IMG/VR virus record: IMGVR_UViG_3300040664_000002
Span: 1 to 58,494 of that record
Origin: a virus
Lineage: Duplodnaviria; Caudoviricetes
Reading direction: 5' to 3' (one strand)
DNA length: 58,494 nt
The position numbers and the translations under genes are program-made. Of the stretch, positions 16,431 to 26,840 are shown piece by piece. Each line of letters begins with the position of its first letter. The first letter of the stretch is position 1. The notes beneath the pieces were generated by a model that made no database searches, had not been told where the DNA came from, and saw only the letters and a program-made list of their open reading frames with translations.

Positions 16431-18208
16431 TGACCAACTACGTCTACGACAACATCGCGCTGCCAGCGCTCAAGGCGGGAAACAAGTACCCCGTCACCGA
16501 TGCGTCTCGGCAGGTGTCCTACACGGATATCAACGCGTTCATCACGTCCATCGGTGACATCATCAATGTCGTCCGCAGTACGTCGGTGAACGCGGCAGCG
16601 TATGGAGCCGTAGGCGATGGCGTCACGAACGATGCGCCCGCCATTCAGGCGGCGATGGATGCCGTTGCTGCGGTCAACGCGACCACCGGAGCGTACGGTG
16701 GTTTCGTTGACCTCGGCGGCGGCCCCTATCTCATCGGACAGAAGCTGGTCGCGCGGAACGGAGTCGGCCTGCGCGGTACCGTGCCATCACGGGCAATCCT
16801 GCGCTGCTCGTCAACGTTCAGCGACACGGCGATGATCGAGAACTTCGGGCAGACCGGAATCCAGGAGTACATGTTCCTTGAGAGCATCCTGTTTGATGGC
16901 AATCAGGGCAACGGTGCTGTGTGCTCCGATGCTGTCGTTCAGTGGCTGTCCATCTTCGTCAACTCGTGGATGTACAACTGCGTCGTTCAGGGTGGTTCCA
17001 ACGTCGGGCTTCGCGTCGCCGCCAAGGGCACACCGGGCGGCATGGGGCCGATCCTGTTCAAGAACAACTGGATCAACAACACCATCGGCGAGGGCCTTGT
17101 CGTCGAGGAAACCGGCGCGAACACCGGCGCATGTGCCGGCATCTACTTCGACCACATCGTCGTCGAGAACCAGGGCTCCAACAAGCCAGCCATCCGGCTC
17201 TCTGGCAGCGGACATTCGACGCAGTACCATCTGAAGAACGTCCACATCGAGATGGGCAACGGCGCGACGAATCGGATCGGCATCCAGCTCGATGGCGCGG
17301 CGCACACGCTCATCGATGGTGTGCAACTCCTGCAGGGAGCGGGCACCACCACGGCGGGCATTCAGATCACCAACGTCGCCTCCAACGTTGGCATCCAGAT
17401 CCGTGGCGTCACCAACGAGAACCTGATCAACCCAGTCATCCAGGACCTCAAGAACGGCGTCACGTTCGGTGCCATCAACGTGCCCATCTACGTCACGCCG
17501 GATGTGGCCTGGCGCGGTGGCGCTCGGTTCATCCCAACCTCGACGGGAATCTCGCTCGCGGCGCAGGACTCATCGGGGACTGACCGAGCTTGGTTCGACA
17601 ACAACGGCCGGCTGACCGGCTCGAGTGTGTTCGGCGCTGGCGTCGACGTGAAGGCCGATGCGGTGAACAACCGCGCGCTGGTCATCACGGACAACGCGGC
17701 GACGCGCGCATGGGGATTCTTCTTCCCGGATGCGAGCAATGTTCGGTTCCGCAACTTCACCGGCGGCGTCGACCTGTTCAACTTCGACAACGCCGGGAAC
17801 GGGTTCATCTATAACCCCATCACGATGCAGTTCGCGGCGACGTTCCAGTCGGGGACCGTCAACAACGCCACCGAGCGCATGCTCGGCGAGCTCACCCCGG
17901 CTGCGATCGCAGCGAACCAGAACGACTACAGCCCGTCAGGGCTCGCCAACGCCGCCGTGCTCATCGTGAGCGCAACGGCGCCGTTCAACATCACGGGTCT
18001 CGCCACGCCGACCACCGGTCGACGGCTGACCGTGTACAACAACAGCGCCAACGCCATCACGCTGACCCACCAGGACGCGCTGAGCACCGCGGCGAACCGG
18101 TTCATCGGCCGCGGCGGTGCCAACACCGTGCTCACCGCGAACACGGGCGTCAACCTCTACTACAGCCAGTCGCTCACGCGATGGCTCATCGTGGGAGACA
18201 CCCTGTGA
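16430..18208 (+). CDS. Tailspike / beta-helix depolymerase
   Basis: YGAVGDGVTNDAPAIQAAMDA pectate-lyase-3-like entry motif followed by Asn/Gly/Ile beta-helix rungs. Confidence 0.8.
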   Translation: MTNYVYDNIALPALKAGNKYPVTDASRQVSYTDINAFITSIGDIINVVRSTSVNAAAYGAVGDGVTNDAPAIQAAMDAVAAVNATTGAYGGFVDLGGGPYLIGQKLVARNGVGLRGTVPSRAILRCSSTFSDTAMIENFGQTGIQEYMFLESILFDGNQGNGAVCSDAVVQWLSIFVNSWMYNCVVQGGSNVGLRVAAKGTPGGMGPILFKNNWINNTIGEGLVVEETGANTGACAGIYFDHIVVENQGSNKPAIRLSGSGHSTQYHLKNVHIEMGNGATNRIGIQLDGAAHTLIDGVQLLQGAGTTTAGIQITNVASNVGIQIRGVTNENLINPVIQDLKNGVTFGAINVPIYVTPDVAWRGGARFIPTSTGISLAAQDSSGTDRAWFDNNGRLTGSSVFGAGVDVKADAVNNRALVITDNAATRAWGFFFPDASNVRFRNFTGGVDLFNFDNAGNGFIYNPITMQFAATFQSGTVNNATERMLGELTPAAIAANQNDYSPSGLANAAVLIVSATAPFNITGLATPTTGRRLTVYNNSANAITLTHQDALSTAANRFIGRGGANTVLTANTGVNLYYSQSLTRWLIVGDTL

Positions 18209-18972
18209 GCAGCCTCGCATTCGGCCTGGCCGCATACCTCGGCGGCGACACGGTTCCGCTCAAGAGCACATTTGCGCAGCTGTCGCTCGCAGTGCAGCAA
18301 CTCGGGCAGTGGGAGAACTCGGGCGACATCACCCCGGCCATCCTGCTGCAGGCGATCAACTTCGCGCTACTCGAGGGCTACGACATCGTCACGCAGAAGT
18401 GGCTCGACTACTACACGACGCAGACGGACTTCCTGCTGACGTCTGGCGTTGACTCGTACCCGCTGACCGACGTCGCCCCGGGCCTCTACAAGCTTCGTCA
18501 CCTCGACTACACGCCGGACGTCGTGGTCAGCAGCACGACGCGGTGGACGCCGATGCTGCCACACGCCGTTGATGGCGCACACATGTTCTCTGGCCGCACG
18601 TCGTCGGGTCGCCGCGCGCCGCGGTATCGGATGCAGGGGCCGGTGATCGTCCTGGCGCCGCCGCCGGACGCTGGGACGATCCGGGTATTCTACATCCCGG
18701 CGCCGTACCAGTTCAGCGACGTCAACGACACGAACGAGATCGTGTTCGACGTACCCATCGAGATCCGCCTCGTCGTGCAGATCGCCCAGCGTGACCTACT
18801 CGAGCGCAGCGATCTCAGCACAACCGATTGCGATGCGAAGATCGGCCGACTCACTGGGCTGCTCCGCTCGGCGGCCGATGCGCGCGATGCCGGCGAGCCG
18901 TTCTACCTGAACCCAGCTGGGCCTCGCCGCGAGAACGGCGGAGGATGGCTCGGCTACGATGAGGACTGGTGA
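18205..18972 (+). CDS. Head-tail adaptor (P22 gp4 / T7 gp11-like)
   Basis: LLQAINFAL helix, SGVDSYPL, PRYRM..IVLAPPP..IRVFYIP pattern; position. Confidence 0.7.
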   Translation: MSSLAFGLAAYLGGDTVPLKSTFAQLSLAVQQLGQWENSGDITPAILLQAINFALLEGYDIVTQKWLDYYTTQTDFLLTSGVDSYPLTDVAPGLYKLRHLDYTPDVVVSSTTRWTPMLPHAVDGAHMFSGRTSSGRRAPRYRMQGPVIVLAPPPDAGTIRVFYIPAPYQFSDVNDTNEIVFDVPIEIRLVVQIAQRDLLERSDLSTTDCDAKIGRLTGLLRSAADARDAGEPFYLNPAGPRRENGGGWLGYDEDW

Positions 18973-19295
18973 TGCCCACGCAGAAGCCACAGCGACCCCA
19001 GCAGCGCGCGCGTGTCATCGCCCCCGTGGCGGATGACTTCGTTCAGCGGCAGCTTGCCGACGCATCCCAGCGTGCCGCCGATCAGCTGCACGACCGCAAC
19101 GGCGTGTTCGTGAGCTTGATCGTTGGTGCAAACACCATCACACACGGTCTCGGGCGCAAGCCGCGTGGCGTAGCGGTGACCCCGACCGTTGCCGATGCCT
19201 CCTGGGCGTACGCGCTGACCCGCGCCGACGCCAAGCAGGCCACGGTGACCTGCGTTGGCGTGGCTCAACCCAACGCGTACGTGGAGTTCTCGTGA
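18969..19295 (+). CDS. Small tail protein
   Basis: NTITHGLGRKPRG motif common in tail-fibre-associated proteins. Confidence 0.6.
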   Translation: MMPTQKPQRPQQRARVIAPVADDFVQRQLADASQRAADQLHDRNGVFVSLIVGANTITHGLGRKPRGVAVTPTVADASWAYALTRADAKQATVTCVGVAQPNAYVEFS

Positions 19296-20371
19296 CCACG
19301 ACGCCGCTGATGGGGCTGACGCTACCCGTAGAGCACGGATCCGCTGACGTCTGGGATACCATCCTGGATGCGGTGTTCGGGGTGATCGACAGCCACGACC
19401 ACACGACGGGGAAGGGGGCGCAGGTCCCGTCAGCTGGCCTGAAGATCGACGCGGACGTGTCGTGGTCCTCGGCTGCAGTGAGCCATGCCATCACCGATCT
19501 GAAGGCCATCGACTTCGCCCCGCAGGCCGCGTCGGGCATGACGCTGCTGTCCGGCGCCCTGTTCCTGAACAGCGCGGACAACGAGCTGTACTGGCGCAAC
19601 ACGAGCGGTGTGCTGGTGAAGTTCACCGCTGGCGCCGCGCTGAACGTTGCTGCGTTCACGGGCGGCATCGGTGGCGACTACTCCGCGGCCGGCGCGCTTG
19701 TCGTGTTCGACGACGCAACGGACAGCTACTGGTTCCAGCAGCAGATCGGCGCAGGTGTTCGTCAGTACGCGCGTATGCGCAGCGCCGACGTCGACCTCTA
19801 CGAGTTCAAGGCGAACCCGGCGGCGGGTGTGCCCACGAACCGCGTGCGTCTCGCATCGCCGGCCGCGCTCGCCGCGTCGTACACGCTAACGATGCCGGCT
19901 GCGCTGCCCGCATCCAAGGCTGCGTTGCGTGTTGATTCGGCGGGCACGGTGTCGGTCGAGTCGCTAGGGACTCGCACCTTCCCTATTGGGATGGCACTTC
20001 CCGGAACTGGGTCATTCACAGTTGCCGGTAATGCCATGTGGGTCACGATCGGCACTGGCAGCAGCACGGTCCTACCAGTGCCCATCCACGTTGGAGAGAC
20101 GATCACCTCGTGGAGTGCGTACGTCGATAAAGCGAGCAACGCGGCGGTCACACTGACGGCAACGATGATCGTGTGGACGGGGGCCCACCTTGGCGGTGGT
20201 GGTACTGTTGTTGGGGTCGCTCAGACGAGCTCGGCCAATGCGCCTGGCGCCTTTGTGATGGGGCAGAGCGGACTGAGCCAGGTGGTTGCAGCTGGAACGT
20301 TCTACGGAATCATTCTCAACGTAAGCGCAGGCACCGCCGATGTGGCCTACGGCTACTCGGTGACGTCGTGA
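19292..20371 (+). CDS. Tail fibre-like protein
   Basis: TPLMGLTLP..IDSHDHTTGKGAQVP N-terminal anchor, Gly/Ala/Thr-rich, beta-sandwich-like C-terminus. Confidence 0.7.
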   Translation: MTTTPLMGLTLPVEHGSADVWDTILDAVFGVIDSHDHTTGKGAQVPSAGLKIDADVSWSSAAVSHAITDLKAIDFAPQAASGMTLLSGALFLNSADNELYWRNTSGVLVKFTAGAALNVAAFTGGIGGDYSAAGALVVFDDATDSYWFQQQIGAGVRQYARMRSADVDLYEFKANPAAGVPTNRVRLASPAALAASYTLTMPAALPASKAALRVDSAGTVSVESLGTRTFPIGMALPGTGSFTVAGNAMWVTIGTGSSTVLPVPIHVGETITSWSAYVDKASNAAVTLTATMIVWTGAHLGGGGTVVGVAQTSSANAPGAFVMGQSGLSQVVAAGTFYGIILNVSAGTADVAYGYSVTS

Positions 20372-23300
20372 GCATCCGCAAGGGTGCACTGCCGATCCAG
20401 TTCTCGGGCGGCGTCGAGCTGCGCCAGGATCCTAAGCAGGTCCCGACATCGAAGCTGCTCGACCTGCAGAACGCCGTGTTCACGCGGCAGACGACACTGT
20501 CCAAGCGCAACGGCTACATCGCGCTCAGTACGCAGATCCAGGACGGCGGCGGCGACTACACGAACGCGCGAGGTCTGGCCGTTCGCGACAGTGAGCGCCT
20601 CCTGTTCACCGACAAGCGCTGCTACTCCTACCGCCCGTCCAACGATCGCTGGGCGGATACCGGGGAAGTCGCCGCGACTACGGCAACCACGCTGCCGATC
20701 GCCCGCACCGGAACGATGCAGACGCAGCCCGACATCGCCGACCGTAACGGGGTCCGAGTGGTTGCGTGGGAGGACTCCCGCGGTGGCGTGTGGATCTCCA
20801 TCATCGAGAGCCAGACGGATAGGATCCTGCGCTCGCAGTACCAACTCGACTCCTCATCGTCCGCACGCAGCCCACGCTGCATCGCGGTTGGTGAGCAGAT
20901 CCATGTGATCTGGACTCGTGGCGATCTGAACCAGCTGCAGATCTGTGTCATCAACCCGGCGTCTCCGACTGCGACGCCGGTGGTGGCTGCGCTGACCGGA
21001 GACCTCGATCCACTACAACCGTTCTACGACGCCTTGGCTACACCGAACGGCGCCAGTGGTGCGTTCGATCAGCGACCCGGACTGATTGCTTGGGCACAGA
21101 TTGGCGGCGGGTTCCGCGTTGCGTGGCTGGCGCCCGGCGGCGTGCTTGGTGGACCGGCAACGGCACTGCCATCCGTTGCGACCTATGCAGACATCCTCGC
21201 CGGGCCAATCGCCGTCGCATGGGATGGCGTGTTCGGAATCGTTGCCGTGATCTGGGGCGGTACGGGTGGCGTGCTGCGCGCTCGGTTCATCAGCGGCGCA
21301 TCGCTGACGACCGTGTTCCGTGACGTTACCGGACCTGCCCTGGTTGCGGCCAAGGTCATCGCGGACTTCGGGGCCGCTGACAGCAGCGGCGCTCCGGTGC
21401 TGTACTGGGCCGTTGAGGTCACGGCGGCGCGCACCGACCTGACATCCGTCGTCAGTGGCAGGATGTTCCAGAACGACACCACGACGGACCTGCTATCGAC
21501 AACGCTGCTGGGTCACGGTCTGGTGTCCCGTGCCTGGCATGACGGTGCGACGCTGCTGCCCGATGACAGCGTCAACCTCGCCGATGGCGATGTCTACGTC
21601 ATGGTGGCGCACACCGTGCGTTACTTCCCATACATCGCCGCGCTGCGCATCAGCGGCTCGTCTGCCGTGCCGATCATCGTCTCGCGGCTACTCCCCGGCG
21701 AGGCCGCCGGAGCGCTCATGCGGCCCACCGGCGCAGGAACTCGAGCGTGGACACAGCATCTGCCGTCTGTGCTGTCCATCGATCTCGACGAGACGAACCT
21801 GTACTCGCGGCAGCACGCCGTCTGCCTGCCCTACCGCATCCAGCTGTCGAGCCAGAACGGCGACCAGTTCAGCGAGCAGGGTATCAAGCTCGCTACGTTG
21901 AACTTCGACGTCCGCTACCAGACCGCGCAACTCGGACGCGGCCTATACCTGGCGAGCTCGGCGCCGATGCACTACGACGGCGATGCATGGCACGAGGCTG
22001 ACTTTCACTGTGCCCCGGACTACGGCTACAACGCGGCTGGCGCTGCAGTCAACATGTCTGCCGCAGTCACCATGGTTGCAGGCGGGTCGGTTGCCAACGG
22101 GACGTATCTCTACCGCTGGTGGTACGAGGCCGTGGACGCGCAGGGCGAGTTGCACCGTGGCCCGACGAGCGTCCCGCTGCTCGTGACGATGACCGGCGGA
22201 CCGCGCTCGCTCACGATGGATATCCCGACGTGCCGCATGACGCGGTTCCCGGTCGTGTACGTCTGCGTCGCGCGCTCCGTGGCCGGCGCCACCGGAACCG
22301 ACTCGACGCTGCCCCTGTACCGCGTCACATCGACGGACATCACAGTGACCGCGGGCTCGAATCGCTTCGTCCTCAACGATCCGACCGTCAGCACGGTAAC
22401 GTTTGTTGACGGCCTGGCAGATGCGGATGTCTTGCTGCGAGAGCCGCTCTACACGAACGGCGGCATCCTGTCGAACGCCCCGGCATCCTGGGGCGGGAGC
22501 ATCATCGCGGCGTCGAAGTCCCGGCTGTTCTGGAACGATACGACCGATCCGTACCTCGTTCGCTACTCGCAGTCGATCGCCGACGACACCGCGCTCGAAG
22601 CGCCGGTGGACCTGTCGCTGTCTGTGGATCCGTCCGGCGGTCCCATCACGGCGATAGGTGGGCTCGACGACACGATCATCGTGTTCAAGGAGACCGAGAC
22701 CTATGTGTTCGGTGGCCCTGGTCCGCTGGCGGATCCATCCGCGGGCGCTGAAGCCAACGCGTTCACATCTGCCGAGCGCGTGACCTCTGACGTTGGCTGC
22801 CTGTCGTCGGCGAGCATCGGGCAGACGCCGGCGGGTATCACGTTCCAGAGCCGGAAGGGCATCAAGCTGTTGTCGCGCCAGCGGCAGGTCATCGACATCG
22901 GCAATCCAGTCGAGCCGCTGGGGACGCAGAACTTCACGCGCACCACGCTGCTGCCGGACCGCAAGAGCATCCTGTACCTGACGGACACCGCCGACGGGTT
23001 CTCGCTGTACTGGGATTACGATCGCGACCAGTGGTCCAAGTTCTCCAATCACCTCGGCCTCGATGCGGTCGTCGTGGACGGCATCTACCACTACCTGCGC
23101 ACCGACGGCCGCGTGTTCCAGGAGACCCCTGGCGTGTACCGCGACGACAACTCGCGGATCCCGCTGCGCATCGAAACCGCTTGGATCCATGTCGCGCAGT
23201 ACCTGCAGGGCTGGCAGAAGATCCTGTGGGCATACTTCCTTGGCTCCTATCAGAGCCCGCACACGCTGTCCGTTCGCTGGCGCCTCGACTACGGCGAGGC

Positions 23301-23580
23301 GTACTATCCGGCTGTGCTGTGCGACGTCAACGCCAACTACGATCCGTCGCTGTACGGTGCTGGAGCATACGGCGCGGGCGCATACGGTGGCCCGCAGTCC
23401 GGTGGCACGCGCTACCAACGGCGCATTCACATCAACCGGCGCTGCCAGTCGGTCTCGTTCCTCATCGAGGACATCGAGGCGTACGGCGACTTCGGCGCAT
23501 CGTTCGAGCTGTCAGAGCTTCTGCTCATCGGCGGCGGACTCGGACCGGACTTCAAGATTGGCGCATCAAGGAGCAGCTGA
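20368..23580 (+). CDS. Tail nozzle / DNA-stabilisation protein (P22 gp10 / T7 gp12-like)
   Basis: FSGGVELRQDPKQVP..LQNAVF..LSKRNGY start, beta-propeller-like RLFW..VRYS..GPITAIG..VFKE..VGCLS; ~1070 aa. Confidence 0.75.
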   Translation: MSIRKGALPIQFSGGVELRQDPKQVPTSKLLDLQNAVFTRQTTLSKRNGYIALSTQIQDGGGDYTNARGLAVRDSERLLFTDKRCYSYRPSNDRWADTGEVAATTATTLPIARTGTMQTQPDIADRNGVRVVAWEDSRGGVWISIIESQTDRILRSQYQLDSSSSARSPRCIAVGEQIHVIWTRGDLNQLQICVINPASPTATPVVAALTGDLDPLQPFYDALATPNGASGAFDQRPGLIAWAQIGGGFRVAWLAPGGVLGGPATALPSVATYADILAGPIAVAWDGVFGIVAVIWGGTGGVLRARFISGASLTTVFRDVTGPALVAAKVIADFGAADSSGAPVLYWAVEVTAARTDLTSVVSGRMFQNDTTTDLLSTTLLGHGLVSRAWHDGATLLPDDSVNLADGDVYVMVAHTVRYFPYIAALRISGSSAVPIIVSRLLPGEAAGALMRPTGAGTRAWTQHLPSVLSIDLDETNLYSRQHAVCLPYRIQLSSQNGDQFSEQGIKLATLNFDVRYQTAQLGRGLYLASSAPMHYDGDAWHEADFHCAPDYGYNAAGAAVNMSAAVTMVAGGSVANGTYLYRWWYEAVDAQGELHRGPTSVPLLVTMTGGPRSLTMDIPTCRMTRFPVVYVCVARSVAGATGTDSTLPLYRVTSTDITVTAGSNRFVLNDPTVSTVTFVDGLADADVLLREPLYTNGGILSNAPASWGGSIIAASKSRLFWNDTTDPYLVRYSQSIADDTALEAPVDLSLSVDPSGGPITAIGGLDDTIIVFKETETYVFGGPGPLADPSAGAEANAFTSAERVTSDVGCLSSASIGQTPAGITFQSRKGIKLLSRQRQVIDIGNPVEPLGTQNFTRTTLLPDRKSILYLTDTADGFSLYWDYDRDQWSKFSNHLGLDAVVVDGIYHYLRTDGRVFQETPGVYRDDNSRIPLRIETAWIHVAQYLQGWQKILWAYFLGSYQSPHTLSVRWRLDYGEAYYPAVLCDVNANYDPSLYGAGAYGAGAYGGPQSGGTRYQRRIHINRRCQSVSFLIEDIEAYGDFGASFELSELLLIGGGLGPDFKIGASRSS

Positions 23581-23582
23581 AC

Positions 23583-24542
23583 ATGAGTTGGTACAACCCG
23601 TTCTCGTGGGACATGGTCACCAATGCCAACGTCCCGACCCAGTACAAGGACCGCGATCAGCTGCTCGGCTATGTCAACCAGGGCATGGGCCCTGGCGGAA
23701 TCGCCAATCAGACAGCAGCGCAGATCGACCCGAACCGCGACGCAGCGTTCCGCAACGCGCAGCTGACACAGCTGCAGCAGCTGCAGGGCGTTGCCAGCGG
23801 CCAGCAGCAGGGCGCAGGCGAGCTCGCGGCGCAGCGCCAGTACGCGAACGCCATCGCCGCACAACAGGCTGGCGCGCGGATGGCGCGTGGCGACAACGCA
23901 GCGCTCGCGTACCGCAACGCGGCGAACCAGAGCGCAGCCCTCGGATCGACCGCAGCGGGTATGGGCCAGCAGGCCGCACTCCAGGACCAGCAGAATGCCC
24001 AAGGTGCGCTGACCAGCGCCGCATCCTGGGGGCGCCAGGGCGATTTCAACACGGGCAACGCGAACGCCGGGTATCAGCAGAACACGCAGAACGCGAACGC
24101 GCAGAACTACCTCAACCTGATGAATCAGCTTGGGAACATGAACGCGAACGAGTTGAGCGCCGCAAACTCTACCGCGAAGGACGCGAACACGCGGCAGAGC
24201 AACCTGCTTGGCGGACTACTGAACCAGGGTGGCCAAGCCGCGGCGATGATGGCATCCGACGAGCGACTCAAGAAGGACATCACCGACGGTCGCTCGAGCA
24301 TCGACGATCTGCTCGACAAGCTGGGCGGCCCAAAGGAATGGACCTACAAGAACCAGAAGCGCCACGGAGAAGGGCGCTGGCCTGGTATCATCGCGCAGGA
24401 CATGGAGAAGTCGGACATCGGCAAGACCATCGTGCGCGACACCCCGGAGGGCAAGATGCTGGACGTCAACAAGTCCGTGTCGGCGCTCCTCGCAAGCGCG
24501 GCGCGGCTCAACGAGCGCGTTCGCGATCTGGAGCGCAAGTAA
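23583..24542 (+). CDS. Gln/Asn/Ala-rich ejection (pilot) protein with C-terminal S74 intramolecular-chaperone domain
   Basis: SDERLKKDI...WTYK...GIIAQDME...coiled coil. Confidence 0.8.
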   Translation: MSWYNPFSWDMVTNANVPTQYKDRDQLLGYVNQGMGPGGIANQTAAQIDPNRDAAFRNAQLTQLQQLQGVASGQQQGAGELAAQRQYANAIAAQQAGARMARGDNAALAYRNAANQSAALGSTAAGMGQQAALQDQQNAQGALTSAASWGRQGDFNTGNANAGYQQNTQNANAQNYLNLMNQLGNMNANELSAANSTAKDANTRQSNLLGGLLNQGGQAAAMMASDERLKKDITDGRSSIDDLLDKLGGPKEWTYKNQKRHGEGRWPGIIAQDMEKSDIGKTIVRDTPEGKMLDVNKSVSALLASAARLNERVRDLERK

Positions 24543-26840
24543 GTGGCGCTGCCGCCCGAGGTTCTGCAAGGGCTCGGCTGGTTGCCGCCGCAGTCCGGCA
24601 GCCTGACGGGCGGACCGCTGCCGCCTGTTCCGGAGCAGGCCCCGCTTGGCCTTCCGATGCCAGAGCCACAGCTACAGCCGCCGCCAGTCGCCGGTGGCCC
24701 GCAGGCTGAACCACCGCCATCGCTGCCCGAGTTGCCGCCACCCCCGAAGACGCTGGACCTGCAGCCGCCGGCTGTGGTTCCGGCGCCGGCTGCGCCCAGC
24801 CCGGACTTCGTGGTGGCGCCTCCTGTTGCGCCCGTTCCTGCGCCGGCCTCGGCCCCGCAGCGCCAGGCCAAGCCGCAGACGCCGGATCAGCAGCTGGCCG
24901 GCGTGCAGCAGCGCCAGAATGAGACAGACCAGTCCGGACTGAACGCGATCAAGGCGAACACCGACGCGGACCGGCAGCAAGCTGCATCCGAACTGTTGAA
25001 CTACGAGGCTCACGACGCAGCGGCGAAGAAGATCGCCGACGAGCGCGCAGCCTGGGAGGCTGAGCGTGCGAAGACATACGCGCAGAAGCAGGCGTACGTC
25101 GACGCATCCGCGAAGGAGATCGACGACTTCAAGCTCGACCGCGACAAGTACTGGAAGGACGCTGGAGTCGGCGACAAGATCGGCTGGGGCGTCGGTATGG
25201 CGCTGTCGGGGCTCGGTAACGCGTTTCTTGGCATCAACAACCCATCGCAGGGCTCGGCACCGAACCCCGTGATCCAGATGCTCCAGAACAAGATGCACGA
25301 GAGCGTGGTCGCGCAGATGGACCAGCGTGACCAGCTGAAGGAGAAGAACACCCGCGCCGAGCATGCGCTCGACCGCTACGACGCGTTCTCCAAGGACCGC
25401 AGCGCACAGATCGCCCTGAAGGATGCGAACAATGACAAGGCACTCGCCGGGCAGCTGCTGATGACCGCGGCGAAGTCGCGTGATCAGAAGATCATGGCCA
25501 ACGCGCAGACTGAGGCCGCGAAGCTGATGCAATCGTCGACGGACAAGTATCAGAAGGCCGTGGAGTTCGCAGCGGGCTACGACATCCAGAAGAAGCAGGT
25601 CGCCGTGTCCCAAGCACAGGCCGCGACCGCGGCCGGCCATCTGCAGCTGCAACGCGACACGTACAACCAGGAGTACGGGCCGAACGGCCTAAAGCAACAG
25701 GCCCTCGACCTGAAGGCCGCCGAGGAGGGCCGCAAGGCATCGGCGGACAAGAAGAAGGCCGTCAAGGAAACCGGCGTGTTCGATCCGACGACGGGCAAGG
25801 GGCTACACACCGAGGCTGGCAACAGGATGCTGTCCATGGCCGACCAGCTCGAGGCTCGCGCACAGCAGAACCCGGCAATCGCCCCGGCTGCGATGGCCAA
25901 AGCCCAGGAGTTGCGCAAGCAGGCCAACGAGGAGGAGGTCGTCACGCTGAATGACCCGGTCGACCGGCGAAAGGTCGTTGATGGCCTGGCTAAGGCGCAG
26001 GAGTTGACCGACACGCTCGGCGAGATGAAAGCGTTCCTCAACAGCGATCCGGACATCACTAACCGTGAGGGATGGGCCAGCCTCAAGACGAAGCTGGGCG
26101 GCGCCATCGGCGGATACGCCGAGTTCATCGGAGCGCGCGCATCCAGCCCAGAGTTCAAGGCGTTGACGAGCCATGTCCTCGACTACGACCCGGACTCCAT
26201 CTATGACCGAGCTCTGCGCACGTCCCCTGGCGCGGCCTCGGTAGATGCCCTGATGGGTAGCATCAAGAACGGCGTCGACAAGACGCTCAAGGCCCGCGGC
26301 ATCACTGACGGATGGACCCCATCGTCACTGCTCGACCAACCGACGCTCAAGCCGACCGGTGAGACTGCTGCGGAGATCTCCGACAACCAGCAACCTGGTA
26401 GGGTAGCTACCGGCTTCTGGGATCTCGTTCGACCGATCCCCGGACTTAGGGGTGGGCCGACTCTCATCGAACAGGACAAGATCAGGGCCAACGAGTCAGC
26501 GCTGTCCGACACGATCAACAAGACCGGTGTCAGCAGCGGACTCGCCCCGGACGACGTTAAGGCAACCCAGTCGCTGGTCAATCAGGCCTCGGCGGCTGGC
26601 GCGAAGAAGCGCGAACAGATCGTCCTCCAGCTGGCCGACACGGTCATCTCGAACTTCGAGGCGCGCCCGTCGCTGACCAGCGGCATCCTGAACCTGGTCC
26701 GCGATCAAGATCCGGGTGTATACCAGGACATCCTGTCCAAAATGACACCAGCCCAGGCCGACGCACGTCGGCGCACTGACGCCGCGCGAGTGCCGTTCCC
26801 CTCACCGGAGACCCAGGTGCGCTCTCAGTCTTCGCCGTAG
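24543..26840 (+). CDS. Internal virion / ejection protein
   Basis: Pro-rich N-terminus, one hydrophobic Gly-rich helix, long coiled coils; position after nozzle. Confidence 0.7.
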   Translation: MALPPEVLQGLGWLPPQSGSLTGGPLPPVPEQAPLGLPMPEPQLQPPPVAGGPQAEPPPSLPELPPPPKTLDLQPPAVVPAPAAPSPDFVVAPPVAPVPAPASAPQRQAKPQTPDQQLAGVQQRQNETDQSGLNAIKANTDADRQQAASELLNYEAHDAAAKKIADERAAWEAERAKTYAQKQAYVDASAKEIDDFKLDRDKYWKDAGVGDKIGWGVGMALSGLGNAFLGINNPSQGSAPNPVIQMLQNKMHESVVAQMDQRDQLKEKNTRAEHALDRYDAFSKDRSAQIALKDANNDKALAGQLLMTAAKSRDQKIMANAQTEAAKLMQSSTDKYQKAVEFAAGYDIQKKQVAVSQAQAATAAGHLQLQRDTYNQEYGPNGLKQQALDLKAAEEGRKASADKKKAVKETGVFDPTTGKGLHTEAGNRMLSMADQLEARAQQNPAIAPAAMAKAQELRKQANEEEVVTLNDPVDRRKVVDGLAKAQELTDTLGEMKAFLNSDPDITNREGWASLKTKLGGAIGGYAEFIGARASSPEFKALTSHVLDYDPDSIYDRALRTSPGAASVDALMGSIKNGVDKTLKARGITDGWTPSSLLDQPTLKPTGETAAEISDNQQPGRVATGFWDLVRPIPGLRGGPTLIEQDKIRANESALSDTINKTGVSSGLAPDDVKATQSLVNQASAAGAKKREQIVLQLADTVISNFEARPSLTSGILNLVRDQDPGVYQDILSKMTPAQADARRRTDAARVPFPSPETQVRSQSSP

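Noticed and set aside
21943-23430. Long antisense or off-frame ORFs (also 23063-24709, 28851-30059, 34241-35398, 46757-48313, 50974-52077)
   Set aside because: Shadows of GC3-biased genes; Arg/Ala/Pro-rich and without motifs.
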